Notes: generated by a model from the sequence alone, not told the origin. Numbered from the stretch's first letter, positions 1 to 10,027 are shown. The stretch is 64,000 nucleotides of DNA from Candidatus Pacebacteria bacterium GW2011_GWA1_46_10 (GCA_001002135.1 LCLP01000001.1:78108-142107); one strand, 5' to 3'. Translations and numbers: made by a program.

Positions 1-760
1 CTCGATTTTCTCCACCACAGTGGCCGAGGCACAACCGGTGCCGGAAGTGACTCTTGGTCATATACCGGCACCAAAGACGGCCGAAGAAGTGGCCCAGGAG
101 GCTACAACCCAAGAGGAAACTAGCACTGCGACTGGTGGTGGTTTGGATGACTTGTTAACCCAGCTTGGCGACGAGGCAGAAAGTAGTGCTCTTGAGGAAG
201 AAGCGACTACTAGCTCGGTTTTGAACTTGGCAACAGTGTCAGAGACAGAAAAGCCGGTCGTGACCTCAGAGCCGGTGATTCAGGGTGTAGCCGCGCCGGG
301 AGTGACAGTCACGGTTGAGGTCCATTCCGATGGCAACATTGCCGAGGCGGTGGTGGCTGATCAAGATGGCAACTTTACTCTGGACATCGCGGCTCTGAGT
401 AAACAACTTGACTCAGGTGAGCACACGGTGACGTACAGTTACACCGATCCGGATACTGGTGAACAAGTCAGCCGCACTCAGAGCTTTTTGGTGGCCGACG
501 CCTCTGGTCAACTCGCCCAGGCGGGAACAGAGACCACCTCGTTTGGTTCCGGCAGTCCGTTCCCGGTTCCTTCACCGGCGCCAACGCCCACTCCCACACC
601 GACTGCTCAGTCAACTGAATCAGCGATTATTTCCACGGACAGCGGTGTTTACCAGTCTGGTTCAGTTGAAAACACGATCGCGCTGATGGTGGGCGGAGTG
701 TTTTTCATTGCTGCTGGAGCTTGGAGTTGGTGGCTGGCCAAGGAAGTGAAAGAAAGTTAA
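1..760 (+). CDS. Surface/cell-envelope protein, partial (frame is open to the window start). It has a bacterial Ig-like domain, a Pro/Thr-rich linker and a C-terminal 'VENT' motif followed by a TM helix and a basic tail.
   Basis: The ORF reads through position 1, with no stop in frame upstream of the GTG at 20. Ig-like segment: GVTVTVEVHSDGNIAEAVVADQDGNFTLDIAALSKQLDSGEHTV. Linker: PVPSPAPTPTPTPT. The C-terminus is SVENTIALMVGGVFFIAAGAWSWWLAKEVKES. It is paralogous to the protein at 60584-61150. Confidence 0.55.
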   Translation, partial: SIFSTTVAEAQPVPEVTLGHIPAPKTAEEVAQEATTQEETSTATGGGLDDLLTQLGDEAESSALEEEATTSSVLNLATVSETEKPVVTSEPVIQGVAAPGVTVTVEVHSDGNIAEAVVADQDGNFTLDIAALSKQLDSGEHTVTYSYTDPDTGEQVSRTQSFLVADASGQLAQAGTETTSFGSGSPFPVPSPAPTPTPTPTAQSTESAIISTDSGVYQSGSVENTIALMVGGVFFIAAGAWSWWLAKEVKES

Positions 761-763
761 AGC

Positions 764-1300
764 TTGAAAGTAATTGACTTAACTCTCCCGTTGTTGAACG
801 GCATGCCTGTCTTCCCCGGTGATCCTGAAGTGAAGATTTACCCTGTTCAAGTTTTTGAGAAAGATCAATGGAATATGCTTCGGCTGGAAATTAATGGACA
901 TGACGGCACTCACGTTAACGTTCCACTTCACGCGACCGACAGAGGGAAAAATCTTGATGACTACCAAGTTGAAGACTTTTTTGGTCTCTGTCGCATTTTT
1001 CAAACGGAACAGGACATCCAAACTGGCAAAGGAGTAATTTTTACGGATCACGATCTCACTTATGACCTTGCTGAAGTAGTTGTTAAAAAGCAGCCAAAGT
1101 TCGTTGGTCTTTCTTCGCGGTTTGAGTTTGACATCGATGTAGAGCGGTTTTTATTGCAAAAAGGCGTGATTTCGTTTGAGAGACTGGCTCAAACCGATCA
1201 ATTACCAAAAGACAAAGCATTTCTGTTTTATGGTTTACCGCTCAAGATTCGAGCGGGGGATGGTTCGCCAGTGAGAGCCATGGCGGTGATTGAAGATTAG
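764..1300 (+). CDS. Cyclase-family protein (kynurenine formamidase / arylformamidase-like)
   Basis: It carries the cyclase signature HxGTHxDxPxH as GHDGTHVNVPLH. The start is TTG at 764, with an alternative ATG near 803. Confidence 0.55.
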   Translation: MKVIDLTLPLLNGMPVFPGDPEVKIYPVQVFEKDQWNMLRLEINGHDGTHVNVPLHATDRGKNLDDYQVEDFFGLCRIFQTEQDIQTGKGVIFTDHDLTYDLAEVVVKKQPKFVGLSSRFEFDIDVERFLLQKGVISFERLAQTDQLPKDKAFLFYGLPLKIRAGDGSPVRAMAVIED

Positions 1301-2481
1301 TTTTTGATTTTCAAAGTGTTATCCACGGCTTCCCACAACTCCCGTGAATCACCCTCGTACCCGAGAGACCAAATGGCAACGCCGGCCAAATCCAGTTGGT
1401 TGACATAGTCCAGTTTATAAGTAATCGAGCGCGCGTCTTCGTAGTACACTAGGTAGTAGCGGCCGTTTTTGATGTAGCTTAGATACGGGGCGAGCGCGTT
1501 TTCATCCCAGTGTTCGACTACCTCCAGTTCTTCCTTTTGGGTGAGCAGTTCTTTGACTCGTTTAAAACTGGCTGTCGCGCCTGATTGTGGAAGAGTGAAT
1601 GATTCTGGCTCTTGAGAAGTGGTTTCCCATTCGTAACCATAAAAGGGGATGCCCAGCAGCAGTTTATCAGGTGAGGTTTTTTTCACGAAATCTTTGAGAT
1701 AGGTGTTGATACTCTCTTTCCAACTGGTTTCTTTTTGGAAAAGTGGCGCTACAGGGCCAGCTCGCAGAGAGGAACTGCGGTGAAAGTCGTAGGCCATCAC
1801 CACAATGTAATCTACTAGTGGGGCAATTTTTTCGACTTCCCAGATCATTTGCTTACTACTGGCGGCGGCATACATGTCTACCGTTAACTGGATGTCTTCG
1901 TACGTTTCGTTCAAATGCTGGCGGAACTGACTGATGAATTGGGTATAACGCTCGCGTAGTGCTGGCGGCGCATCACCGATGTACTCGATGTCTACATTGA
2001 TACCGTTAAAAGGATAGGCCAGGAGCAGTGAATCAACTGCTTGGAAAAATGTGGTCTGGGCTGATGGCGAGGAGAGGAATTGTTCAATAGTGTCATTATC
2101 AAACTGTGACAAGACTACTTCTGTTTTGCCGCCATACGTCTTAGTTAATTGGTTGGCGGCCAAAAACTCTTCTGATTGAAGTTGATAGTACCCTGGCTCA
2201 GCGTTGCCGTTTACTGTGGTGACGATGTTGCCGTCAGCGTCAATGCTCAAGGCAAAATACGCCAAGTGGGTTAATTCAGGTTGGAGAGTGGCTGTCTTGA
2301 GGTTCCAGTAGGGCAGAAAGCCATAGACAATTTTTTGGGTTTTCAAATGGGGAAAAAATGGCAGAAACCGGGAAAGTGAGCTAGTCCCCAATGGCGAGGA
2401 AAGCGGTGGTTCCACCAAGACCCAAATCAAGACGAGTGCCACGATTAACCCCAAGAGAATACCGTTAATGATTTTTTTCAC
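1297..2481 (-). CDS. Glycoside hydrolase family 18 (chitinase-like) protein with an N-terminal membrane anchor
   Basis: N-terminal TM helix. A GH18-like motif GINVDIEYIG (DxDxE) and MAYDFH (MxYD) are present. The Tyr/Trp-rich TIM-barrel pattern is typical of GH18. Confidence 0.6.
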   Translation of the reverse strand: MKKIINGILLGLIVALVLIWVLVEPPLSSPLGTSSLSRFLPFFPHLKTQKIVYGFLPYWNLKTATLQPELTHLAYFALSIDADGNIVTTVNGNAEPGYYQLQSEEFLAANQLTKTYGGKTEVVLSQFDNDTIEQFLSSPSAQTTFFQAVDSLLLAYPFNGINVDIEYIGDAPPALRERYTQFISQFRQHLNETYEDIQLTVDMYAAASSKQMIWEVEKIAPLVDYIVVMAYDFHRSSSLRAGPVAPLFQKETSWKESINTYLKDFVKKTSPDKLLLGIPFYGYEWETTSQEPESFTLPQSGATASFKRVKELLTQKEELEVVEHWDENALAPYLSYIKNGRYYLVYYEDARSITYKLDYVNQLDLAGVAIWSLGYEGDSRELWEAVDNTLKIKN

Positions 2482-2507
2482 TACAGCTATTTTACCGCTT
2501 TCCTGTT

Positions 2508-4922
2508 TTACGGGGTGGCGGGGGGTTGGGCGCCTGTGTCGGTTTCAATCACGGTTTCTTCTTCGTTGGTGTAGTGTTTTTCGTAGATAATCTTGCCTTG
2601 TTCGTCCACCGCGCGATTACAGTCGCCGCAATACAGTGGCGTGACCGGGTCTTGATACAGTGTGTGGGTTTCTAAAATGAGTCCCTCGACTACCTCGCCG
2701 TACGCTGGCGGCAAGCCGGTTTCTGGTTTAATCCAGACCTCTTTTTGGACAATGCTGGAACGGGAAGGTTTACCTTCAGTCCAGTAGTACTCTTCATTGG
2801 TTTCGGTGCACTCGGTGTCTGTGAGGTCTTTTGGCAGACCGCTGGGGCAGACCGTTCCCTCGATCACGTCGGCCGGCTTTTCTTGCCAAACTGGTTCTTG
2901 GTCTCTCAAGACATAGCTCATGATATCGTTGAAGATTGGGGCGGCACCGGTGACGCCGGAGGCAATGTAGCTCATTTGTGAGTTGTCATTGTTGCCCACC
3001 CAAGTGACGGTCAAAAATTCCGGCGTGTAACCGATAGTCCAGTTATCTTTAAGATCGTTAGTAGTACCGGTTTTGACACTGACTATTTGATCAGGAATAA
3101 CCAGTTCGGAGTTACTCCCGAAAGCCAAGGTACGAGCATTGTTGTCCTGTAAAATGTGGCTCACTAGATACGCCGGAGCAGCTGCTATCACTCGCTCGGC
3201 CTCGCCGCGCCAGTGAGCATAAGGATCTTCTTGGAGTTCCTTAAGATCAGCTTTCCGCTGCTCAAGATCTATTTCCTCCAACACTTCCCCCTTAAAGTTT
3301 TCTACTTTGATGATTGGGGTAAGTGGGATTTTGACGCCTTGACTGGCTAGTGCACCAAAAGCCTGAGCCATATCGATCATTCGTACCTCACCCCCGCCTA
3401 GCGCCAGTGAAGGGCCGTAGTTGGCTGGGTCGTCCCAGCCAGTGATGCCCATTTTTTTAGCTTGGTTAATGAGCGTAGGGATGCTGATGGTTTCGATTAC
3501 TTTCACCGCCGGGATGTTGAGTGAGTTCCCGAGGGCTTGTCTCACTGTGACCGGTCCCTTGAAATCACCGGTGTAGTTTTTGGGGCAGTACTCCGGTTGA
3601 TTTGGCAGTTTAATACAGGTAGGAATATCGAGTAAAAGTGAGCCGGGATTGAGAGTTTTTTCTTGGAAAGCGGTGGCATAGACAATGGGCTTGATCGATG
3701 AACCAGGTTGACGTCTGGAGAGTGTCACGTTGACTTGGCCATCATGTTCACTGTCGAAGTAGTTCCTTGAGCCAATCATGGCCAAGATTTCACCGGTGTT
3801 TGGTTTGGTGATCAAGGCTGCTCCATTCCCCACTCGCAGGCCGGCTAAGTCGTCAATCTCGGCTGAGAGTGAAGCCTGGGCGGCTTCTTGTAAGTCAATA
3901 TCCAGACTGGTGGTCACTCGTAGGCCACCTTTTTCCACTGTTTCCTCGCCGTACTTTTCGTATAAAAGATCGCGGACGTAAAAAACAAAATGCGGTGCTC
4001 TGATATCAGTGGTTTTCAGGGCAAATTGCAAGGGAGTACCTCTGGCTTCTTCTGCTTGTAGGGGGGTAATAAAGCCCTCTTCGGCCATTCGCCGCAGCAC
4101 CTCTGCCTGGCGGTTTTTGGCACGGTTCGGATCAGAGCCGAATGGTGAGTAGAGACTGGGGGCTTGTGGCAGGCCAGTCAGCATCGCTGCTTCAGGCAAG
4201 GTTAAATCTTTAGCGCTCTTATCAAAGTAGTAATTGGCGGCTGACTCAATACCTACGGCGGTTCCCCCATAGGAAATGTAATTGAGGTACATTTCCAAGA
4301 TTTCTTCTTTACTGTAGATAATTTCGGTCATGATGGCCAAGACGGCTTCTTTCGTTTTCCGTTGGAAAGATTTTTCGTTCGTCAGCAGCGCGTTTTTCAC
4401 CAGTTGTTGAGTGATCGTTGAGCCACCTTGGAGTTGCTCGCCGGTAAAGTTATTTTTAATGGCCCGCAGAATCCCTTCCAGATCAAAGCCGAAGTGACCA
4501 TAGAAATTTTTATCCTCGATAGCGATGGTTGCCTGCAAGACGTGGGGCGGCAAGGTTTCTAGTTGAATAGGGATTCGGTTTTCGTCGACAAACACTTCAT
4601 AAAGCAAGACGCCATTGCGGTCAAAGATCTGAGTGCTGACGGCGAAGTTTTCTTGCGAGGTGAGCCGGCGGGGGGAGGGTAAATCCTTGATGAGGTAAGC
4701 CACGATCGCCAGTCCTGAAAAAAAGAGGGCCAAGAGGCTGTAGCGCCAGAGCGGGTTGGTAACGGGGAGAGTGAGGGCTTTGAAAAACCGACGTAACTTA
4801 CTCAAGTTGTTCGGTGCTTGATGAAGGCCCTTTTCCAGAGTATGAGGGAGACCAAGCAAAGCTTTTTTTAAAACCGTCAGTTTCTCAGTGCGGCTTTTTT
4901 GAGCAGGATAAAAAGTATTCAT
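2508..4922 (-). CDS. ponA: Class A penicillin-binding protein (bifunctional transglycosylase/transpeptidase)
   Basis: GT51 motifs IAIEDKNFYGHFGFD and GGSTITQQLVKN. Transpeptidase motifs SSIKP (SxxK), SLN (SxN) and KTGTT (KTG). N-terminal TM helix. Confidence 0.9.
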   Translation of the reverse strand: MNTFYPAQKSRTEKLTVLKKALLGLPHTLEKGLHQAPNNLSKLRRFFKALTLPVTNPLWRYSLLALFFSGLAIVAYLIKDLPSPRRLTSQENFAVSTQIFDRNGVLLYEVFVDENRIPIQLETLPPHVLQATIAIEDKNFYGHFGFDLEGILRAIKNNFTGEQLQGGSTITQQLVKNALLTNEKSFQRKTKEAVLAIMTEIIYSKEEILEMYLNYISYGGTAVGIESAANYYFDKSAKDLTLPEAAMLTGLPQAPSLYSPFGSDPNRAKNRQAEVLRRMAEEGFITPLQAEEARGTPLQFALKTTDIRAPHFVFYVRDLLYEKYGEETVEKGGLRVTTSLDIDLQEAAQASLSAEIDDLAGLRVGNGAALITKPNTGEILAMIGSRNYFDSEHDGQVNVTLSRRQPGSSIKPIVYATAFQEKTLNPGSLLLDIPTCIKLPNQPEYCPKNYTGDFKGPVTVRQALGNSLNIPAVKVIETISIPTLINQAKKMGITGWDDPANYGPSLALGGGEVRMIDMAQAFGALASQGVKIPLTPIIKVENFKGEVLEEIDLEQRKADLKELQEDPYAHWRGEAERVIAAAPAYLVSHILQDNNARTLAFGSNSELVIPDQIVSVKTGTTNDLKDNWTIGYTPEFLTVTWVGNNDNSQMSYIASGVTGAAPIFNDIMSYVLRDQEPVWQEKPADVIEGTVCPSGLPKDLTDTECTETNEEYYWTEGKPSRSSIVQKEVWIKPETGLPPAYGEVVEGLILETHTLYQDPVTPLYCGDCNRAVDEQGKIIYEKHYTNEEETVIETDTGAQPPATP

Positions 4923-4945
4923 TGTTTCCAGGATAGCAAATTTTC

Positions 4946-5623
4946 TTGGCTTGTGTTTGTGAAAGTAAAAGCTTATATATAAAGGAATACACCATGCTGA
5001 TCAAGCAAAATTTAGCTTTCAAAAATGTGACGATTTCCGGTTTACCCGGGGCTGGTTCCACCACGCTGTTGGCAATGCTGAAAGAAGCTTTGCCGGATTG
5101 GCAGGGTTTCAGCGGGGGTGAGTTTATGCGGCTGTATGCCACAGAGCAAGGGTTGTTTGACGGTAACAATACACTCCATCATTCTTCTCTGGTGTATGGC
5201 GATGATTTTGACAAAAAAGTGGATTTTGGCATGAGAGAAAAGTTGGAGACAGGGGAAAAATGGATCCTGGAAGCTTGGCTCTCCGGTTTCATGGCTCAGG
5301 GGGTGAAAGGGACACTGAAAGTGCTGCTTACCTGCAGTGACGAAGCGGTCAGGATTGATCGGATTGTCAATCGGGACGGGGTAACGATCGAAACGGCTAA
5401 AAAACATATTCACAAACGGTCCCAAGAAAACCTGGCAAAATGGGCGCGCTTGTACGCTCCGCAGTGGCAGGAATGGGTGGTTGAAACTGGCAAAGTAACC
5501 AAATCCGACCCAATTGATTTTTGGCGACCAGATCTCTACGATGTAGTAGTCGATACCTATTCGACGAATAGCAAACAGACACTTAATAAGGTTTTAGATG
5601 CCCTCAAAGCCCCGTCGCCGTAA
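4946..5623 (+). CDS. Cytidylate-kinase-like family P-loop NMP kinase. The likely true start is the internal Met of MLIKQNL near 4994.
   Basis: Walker A GLPGAGSTT. It has the size and overall pattern of a standalone (d)CMP-kinase-like P-loop kinase. Confidence 0.5.
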   Translation: MACVCESKSLYIKEYTMLIKQNLAFKNVTISGLPGAGSTTLLAMLKEALPDWQGFSGGEFMRLYATEQGLFDGNNTLHHSSLVYGDDFDKKVDFGMREKLETGEKWILEAWLSGFMAQGVKGTLKVLLTCSDEAVRIDRIVNRDGVTIETAKKHIHKRSQENLAKWARLYAPQWQEWVVETGKVTKSDPIDFWRPDLYDVVVDTYSTNSKQTLNKVLDALKAPSP

Positions 5624-6284
5624 CCGTGTTCGGAAAGTGGCGCTCTCGCGAGCCAACCACACGGCTTTTTTCCCGCTTTTAATATTGAGCTTCATCTTAT
5701 GGCTGGTCTATCGGGGTGTTTTTCGTTTTTCAGTGCTGTTTGATGAAGTGGTGGGAAAGGCCATTTTTTTCGGTTTACCAGTCTGGTTATACATCTTGGT
5801 CAGTGGCTTTCGGCGAATCGCTGACACTTTTGCCCCCTATAAAATGAGACGCGGCCTAATGCTTGGTTTGGCGTTCGGTGGCATTTTCGCCTTTGCGGCC
5901 AGCGCGGCCGCTGCTTGGCAGAGAGGGGCAGTTTTTCAAAGCTATGCTTTTATGACCAACGCGTTTTGGTGGGAGTTCTTTTTGGCGTTGGTCACCGGGT
6001 TTTGGGAAACGCTGTTTTTCTTTAGCTTTGTGATGTCGGTGGTGCAAAGCTTGAAGCAGCGCTGGCCGCTTGCCAAGCAAATCTTGTTGGTGGCTGGTAT
6101 TTTCTTGGTTTTCCACTTACCCAATATCGTCCTGCGCTTTCAAGGCGCAGCGATTTGGTACCAGGTGGTGCTTTTAACCCTCTTTGCTATTGGTCAGGCA
6201 TTTTTGTTTTATCGAGAAAAAAATGGCTACAGCTTGGTTATCTCTCAAGCTTTATGGGGGATGGTGCTCTTACTTCACTTTTAG
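5598..6284 (+). CDS. Polytopic membrane protein, possibly a CPBP (CAAX protease/Abi)-like intramembrane protease
   Basis: About six predicted TM helices. FLVFHL (FxxxH) and HLPN (HxxxN) are present, but the EExxxR motif is not clean. It overlaps the upstream gene by 26 nt. Confidence 0.35.
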   Translation: MPSKPRRRNRVRKVALSRANHTAFFPLLILSFILWLVYRGVFRFSVLFDEVVGKAIFFGLPVWLYILVSGFRRIADTFAPYKMRRGLMLGLAFGGIFAFAASAAAAWQRGAVFQSYAFMTNAFWWEFFLALVTGFWETLFFFSFVMSVVQSLKQRWPLAKQILLVAGIFLVFHLPNIVLRFQGAAIWYQVVLLTLFAIGQAFLFYREKNGYSLVISQALWGMVLLLHF

Positions 6285-6343
6285 CCAGAAACTGAGTCTG
6301 TCTGTTTTTTGAGGAGGGTTTACAATCTGCCTTTTAAAAGCGT

Positions 6344-6883
6344 ATGCACTACTTACTCCGTTTTATTCCTCGCTTGTTGTTGCTGACTTTTGGCGCCAGT
6401 GTCGTCTTGGTTTCGCTCTTGTCGGCCAATCGGGTGTTTTCACAAGGGGAAAACTTAGAACTCACTCGCCAAAAACTGTATTTTGAAGAGGAGGTGCTCC
6501 CCAATCACTTGTTGTACCCGGTGTTTATGGTGTTTAACAAAATAAAACTCGAGTTGGCTCAACCCGCTGAGGCCGTCGACTTGCAGCTTTTGTACGCCTG
6601 GCGAAGGTTGGAGTATACGGAGCGCCTGTTGGAAGAAGGCTATCAGTCACTCTCTTTTTCTACACTAACCAAGGCTTACAAGTACTACAACGCCGCGTTG
6701 ACGGCTGTGAAAACGATCACGCTGCGGCCAGAACAAGAAGAGTTTTTAAGTCAAGATGCCCTTCACTTTCGTGAGCGGGCGGCTAGGTTGGAATCGTACT
6801 TTACTGACCATGAGCAACAAGAGCTTATTAGGTTGAAATCGGATCAAACAGTTTTAACTCAAAGCATAATTGACTCCTTTTGA
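6344..6883 (+). CDS. Hypothetical protein with an N-terminal TM anchor
   Basis: A long ORF with a hydrophobic N-terminus (LLLLTFGASVVLVSLL). No recognisable family motifs. Confidence 0.4.
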   Translation: MHYLLRFIPRLLLLTFGASVVLVSLLSANRVFSQGENLELTRQKLYFEEEVLPNHLLYPVFMVFNKIKLELAQPAEAVDLQLLYAWRRLEYTERLLEEGYQSLSFSTLTKAYKYYNAALTAVKTITLRPEQEEFLSQDALHFRERAARLESYFTDHEQQELIRLKSDQTVLTQSIIDSF

Positions 6884-6950
6884 TCACTTTTTCTCTATTG
6901 ACACAAGCTAGTGCTCTGTGAGATTCTTGATGCCCTGTTAAAAGCGGGGT

Positions 6951-6996
6951 ACAAGTAGTTGTGCTCTTGTCTGAGAGAAAACACAACCTGTTGTGT
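6951..6996 (+). promoter_or_regulatory. Tandem NrdR-box-like palindromes upstream of nrdR-nrdJ
   Basis: Box 2 at 6981-6996, ACACAACCTGTTGTGT, is a perfect 16-bp palindrome matching the ACAC...GTGT NrdR-box frame. Box 1 at about 6951-6965, ACAAGTAGTTGTGCT, is a partial palindrome. The centre-to-centre spacing is about 30-31 bp, as in known tandem NrdR boxes. Confidence 0.55.
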
Positions 6997-7009
6997 TTTT
7001 TAATCGCGA

Positions 7010-7459
7010 ATGATATGTCCATTTTGTCAAAGTACCAACCTTTCTGTCGTCGACTCTCGAGAGGCTGAGGATGGTGAGGCCACTCGACGGCGCCGAAAGT
7101 GTAACAACTGTCAACGCCGGTTCACCACTTATGAGCGGGCAGAAGGCATTGACTTAAAAGTGATTAAAAAAGGTGGTGAAACTGAACCGTTTAATCGGGA
7201 AAAAATTAAACGTGGTTTAGTCAAGGCAACCTGGAAACGGCCAGTCTCCATGCAGGAGATAGAGCAACTGATCAGTGAAGTTGAGGCCAGACTGCGAGTT
7301 AAGGGACTACGGGAGGTGAAAAGCTGGGAGATTGGCAATTTGGTCATTAACAGACTAAAAAAGTTAGACAAGTTGGCGTACATGCTCTTTGCCACGGTCT
7401 ATCGAGACTTTGATAGTCTGGAAGACTTTAAAGAAGAGATTAGTAAATTAGAAAAATGA
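7010..7459 (+). CDS. nrdR: Transcriptional repressor NrdR
   Basis: N-terminal zinc ribbon CPFC...CNNC followed by an ATP-cone domain. The pattern MICPFCQSTNLSVVDSRE is typical of NrdR. Confidence 0.9.
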   Translation: MICPFCQSTNLSVVDSREAEDGEATRRRRKCNNCQRRFTTYERAEGIDLKVIKKGGETEPFNREKIKRGLVKATWKRPVSMQEIEQLISEVEARLRVKGLREVKSWEIGNLVINRLKKLDKLAYMLFATVYRDFDSLEDFKEEISKLEK

Positions 7460-7536
7460 GAATTTAAAGTTAGTTATTAAAAGTGAAATAGTGGATAGAT
7501 TCTGCGAACTACTTATTATTCATTGGAAAAACCTAA

Positions 7537-9717
7537 ATGCCACCCCGCTCTCCCGACTCTCTCCCCAAAAAAATAATGCGTTTTAGTGAACGCCGGTTAG
7601 CCAAAGGTTTGGGCGAGGCGGTAGCCAAGCGAACGATTTTGCGGACTGATGAAAAGGGGAGGTTAGAGTCTTGGGCTGACGTCGCTCATCGAGTAGCCTT
7701 GGGGAATTCTTCGCTCGTGCCCAAGTTTGGCAAGGCTCACCAACAGGCGGAGTACGAAATACTCAAAAAACATATTGCCAATGCCTCACTCTTAATGAGT
7801 GGTCGCCACCTTCAACATGGTGATGAGACCCAATCGGACAGAAATATGGAGGTTTTTACCAACTGTAGTACTGCTTCCAGCTCTTTCTTGTTGTTTTATC
7901 TCTTGCTGAACGGTTCTGGTGTTGGGCGTGCTTACGACGACGACTTAATGGTGGTCGATTGGAACTACATGCCGATTATTCGTTGTGTGCTGGATGAACA
8001 ACACCCAGACTTTATTTGGGGAGAGGACGAGAGTGTGCGGGATGCCAAGCACAAATACCGCAAAGTCTATTGGTTTGAGATACCTGACACCCGTGAGGGG
8101 TGGGCGCAGGCGGTCGAGAAGATCGAAACGATGGCTTTTGAGAAGAAATATAAGGATGATCTCTTGGTGATTGATTTCTCCAAAGTGCGGCCTAAGGGGG
8201 CGAAGATCCGCGGGATGCAGAACCGGCCGGCCTCTGGCCCTCGTCCCTTGATGCGGGCGATCCAGAAAGTAGCTACGGTCAAGGGTTCCGGGATGTCCCC
8301 TTGGCGCCAGGCGATTTTTGTTGATCACTATTTATCTGAATGCGTGTTGGTGGGTGGTGCGCGTCGAGCAGCTAGGATCGCCACTAAAACCTGGACTGAT
8401 CCAGAAGTACTCGACTTCATCTCGATTAAACGTGGTGGTTTTCTGTGGTCGGCTAATAACAGTGTGGCAGTAGATGAGAAATTCTGGAAGCAAAAAACCC
8501 GCCACGCCAAGAAAGTCTTGGAAGCGATTTTACAGGCTTCGTATCACGACAAGACCGGTGAACCAGGTTTTGTCAATCAACACAAGTTGGTTCAGAACGA
8601 CACCGGATTCAACGGTTACACTGATGGTAAATACGCTGAGAGTGAGAAATACAAACCGGCTCCCAAGACCCGCAAGATGTTGGCGGCGGTCGCCAAACGA
8701 GCCAACGCCAAATACTACACCCAAATTCCTAATCCTTGTGGTGAGATTACGCTTAATATGTTGGGTGGATACTGTGTCATTGCTGATGTGGTGCCATACC
8801 ACGCGCCAGATGTAGCTGCGGCTGAGGAGGCTTTCCGGGCGGCTACTCGAGCTCTGATGCGGGTTAATACGATGGATTCGCTCTATAAGCGGGAAGTAGC
8901 GCGTACCAACCGGATCGGCGTTGGCATGACGGGTATTCACGAGTACGCCTGGAACGCTTTTGGCTACAGCTTCCGGGATTTGGTTAATGAGGAAAAGTCG
9001 AAAGACTTTTGGCTGACACTATCCCGTTTTAAACGGGCGGTGGTGGAGGAGGCTGAAAAATACGCCAAGAAACTGGGTGTCGGCGTACCTCACACCAATA
9101 CGACGATTAAACCAGCTGGTACCACTTCCAAACTATTTTCCTTGTCAGAAGGAGCGCATCTCCCGGCGATGCGTGAGTACATGCGTTGGGTGCAGTTCCG
9201 CTCCGACGATCCGTTGGTGGCCAAGTATGGCAAGATGGGGTACCCGGTCAAAGAGCTCAAGAGTTACGCGGGGACGACGGTCGTTGGTTTTCCCACTCAG
9301 CCGGAGATTTGTCGTTTGGGCATGAATAACCACCTGGTGACGGCCTCGGAGGCAACACCAGAAGAGCAGTACAAGTGGCTGATGCTGATTGAGAAATATT
9401 GGATCCGTGGGGTGGATGAAAACGGTAAACCGTTGGAGCCGGATACGGGCAACCAGGTGTCCTATACTTTGAAATATGATCCGGAAAAAGTCAGTTTCCA
9501 AGAGTTTAAGAAAATGGTCAAAAAATACCAACCGCTGATCCGCACCTGCTCGGTCATGCCACGCATTGAGACCACGGCCTATGAATATCAACCGGAAGAA
9601 GCGATGAATGCCAATGATTTCATGAAAGTGATCCACGAGATCAGCGATGAAGAAGGGGTGCTGGAAGATATTGATTTAGAACAATTGAAGTGTGACACCG
9701 GTGCGTGTCCGATTTAG
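7537..9717 (+). CDS. nrdJ: Class II, adenosylcobalamin-dependent ribonucleotide reductase
   Basis: It has the catalytic Cys-loop PNPCGEI and a C-terminal Cys pair CDTGAC. It is large (726 aa) and sits immediately downstream of nrdR. Confidence 0.85.
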   Translation: MPPRSPDSLPKKIMRFSERRLAKGLGEAVAKRTILRTDEKGRLESWADVAHRVALGNSSLVPKFGKAHQQAEYEILKKHIANASLLMSGRHLQHGDETQSDRNMEVFTNCSTASSSFLLFYLLLNGSGVGRAYDDDLMVVDWNYMPIIRCVLDEQHPDFIWGEDESVRDAKHKYRKVYWFEIPDTREGWAQAVEKIETMAFEKKYKDDLLVIDFSKVRPKGAKIRGMQNRPASGPRPLMRAIQKVATVKGSGMSPWRQAIFVDHYLSECVLVGGARRAARIATKTWTDPEVLDFISIKRGGFLWSANNSVAVDEKFWKQKTRHAKKVLEAILQASYHDKTGEPGFVNQHKLVQNDTGFNGYTDGKYAESEKYKPAPKTRKMLAAVAKRANAKYYTQIPNPCGEITLNMLGGYCVIADVVPYHAPDVAAAEEAFRAATRALMRVNTMDSLYKREVARTNRIGVGMTGIHEYAWNAFGYSFRDLVNEEKSKDFWLTLSRFKRAVVEEAEKYAKKLGVGVPHTNTTIKPAGTTSKLFSLSEGAHLPAMREYMRWVQFRSDDPLVAKYGKMGYPVKELKSYAGTTVVGFPTQPEICRLGMNNHLVTASEATPEEQYKWLMLIEKYWIRGVDENGKPLEPDTGNQVSYTLKYDPEKVSFQEFKKMVKKYQPLIRTCSVMPRIETTAYEYQPEEAMNANDFMKVIHEISDEEGVLEDIDLEQLKCDTGACPI

Positions 9718-9718
9718 G

Positions 9719-10027
9719 TTATTTAATTTCTCCAGTAAGTTTGGCTGCTTCTGTGAAATTCTTTTTATAAATTGCTTGTTCCTTAGGTGAAAAGAGTGAA
9801 AGTACTTCAAATTCGATGGTTGTCATCATGTCTTTGGTTGTCAAGGAATGGGCAACCACGTAACCCAAGAAGTCCCAGTCTTTAGCCACTAACAATAAAG
9901 CGATATGGAGAGGAAAAACTCTTTCTTTTTCTTTTGTGACTGAGTATCGCTCTCCGGTTTTTAATTGCCTGATATCAAAATCATCCGGCAACTTCAGTAA
10001 AGTATTGATTTCTGTGAAATAGCCCAC
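9719..10027 (-). CDS. Hypothetical small protein
   Basis: 102-aa ORF, convergent with nrdJ. No recognisable motifs. Confidence 0.35.
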   Translation of the reverse strand: MGYFTEINTLLKLPDDFDIRQLKTGERYSVTKEKERVFPLHIALLLVAKDWDFLGYVVAHSLTTKDMMTTIEFEVLSLFSPKEQAIYKKNFTEAAKLTGEIK

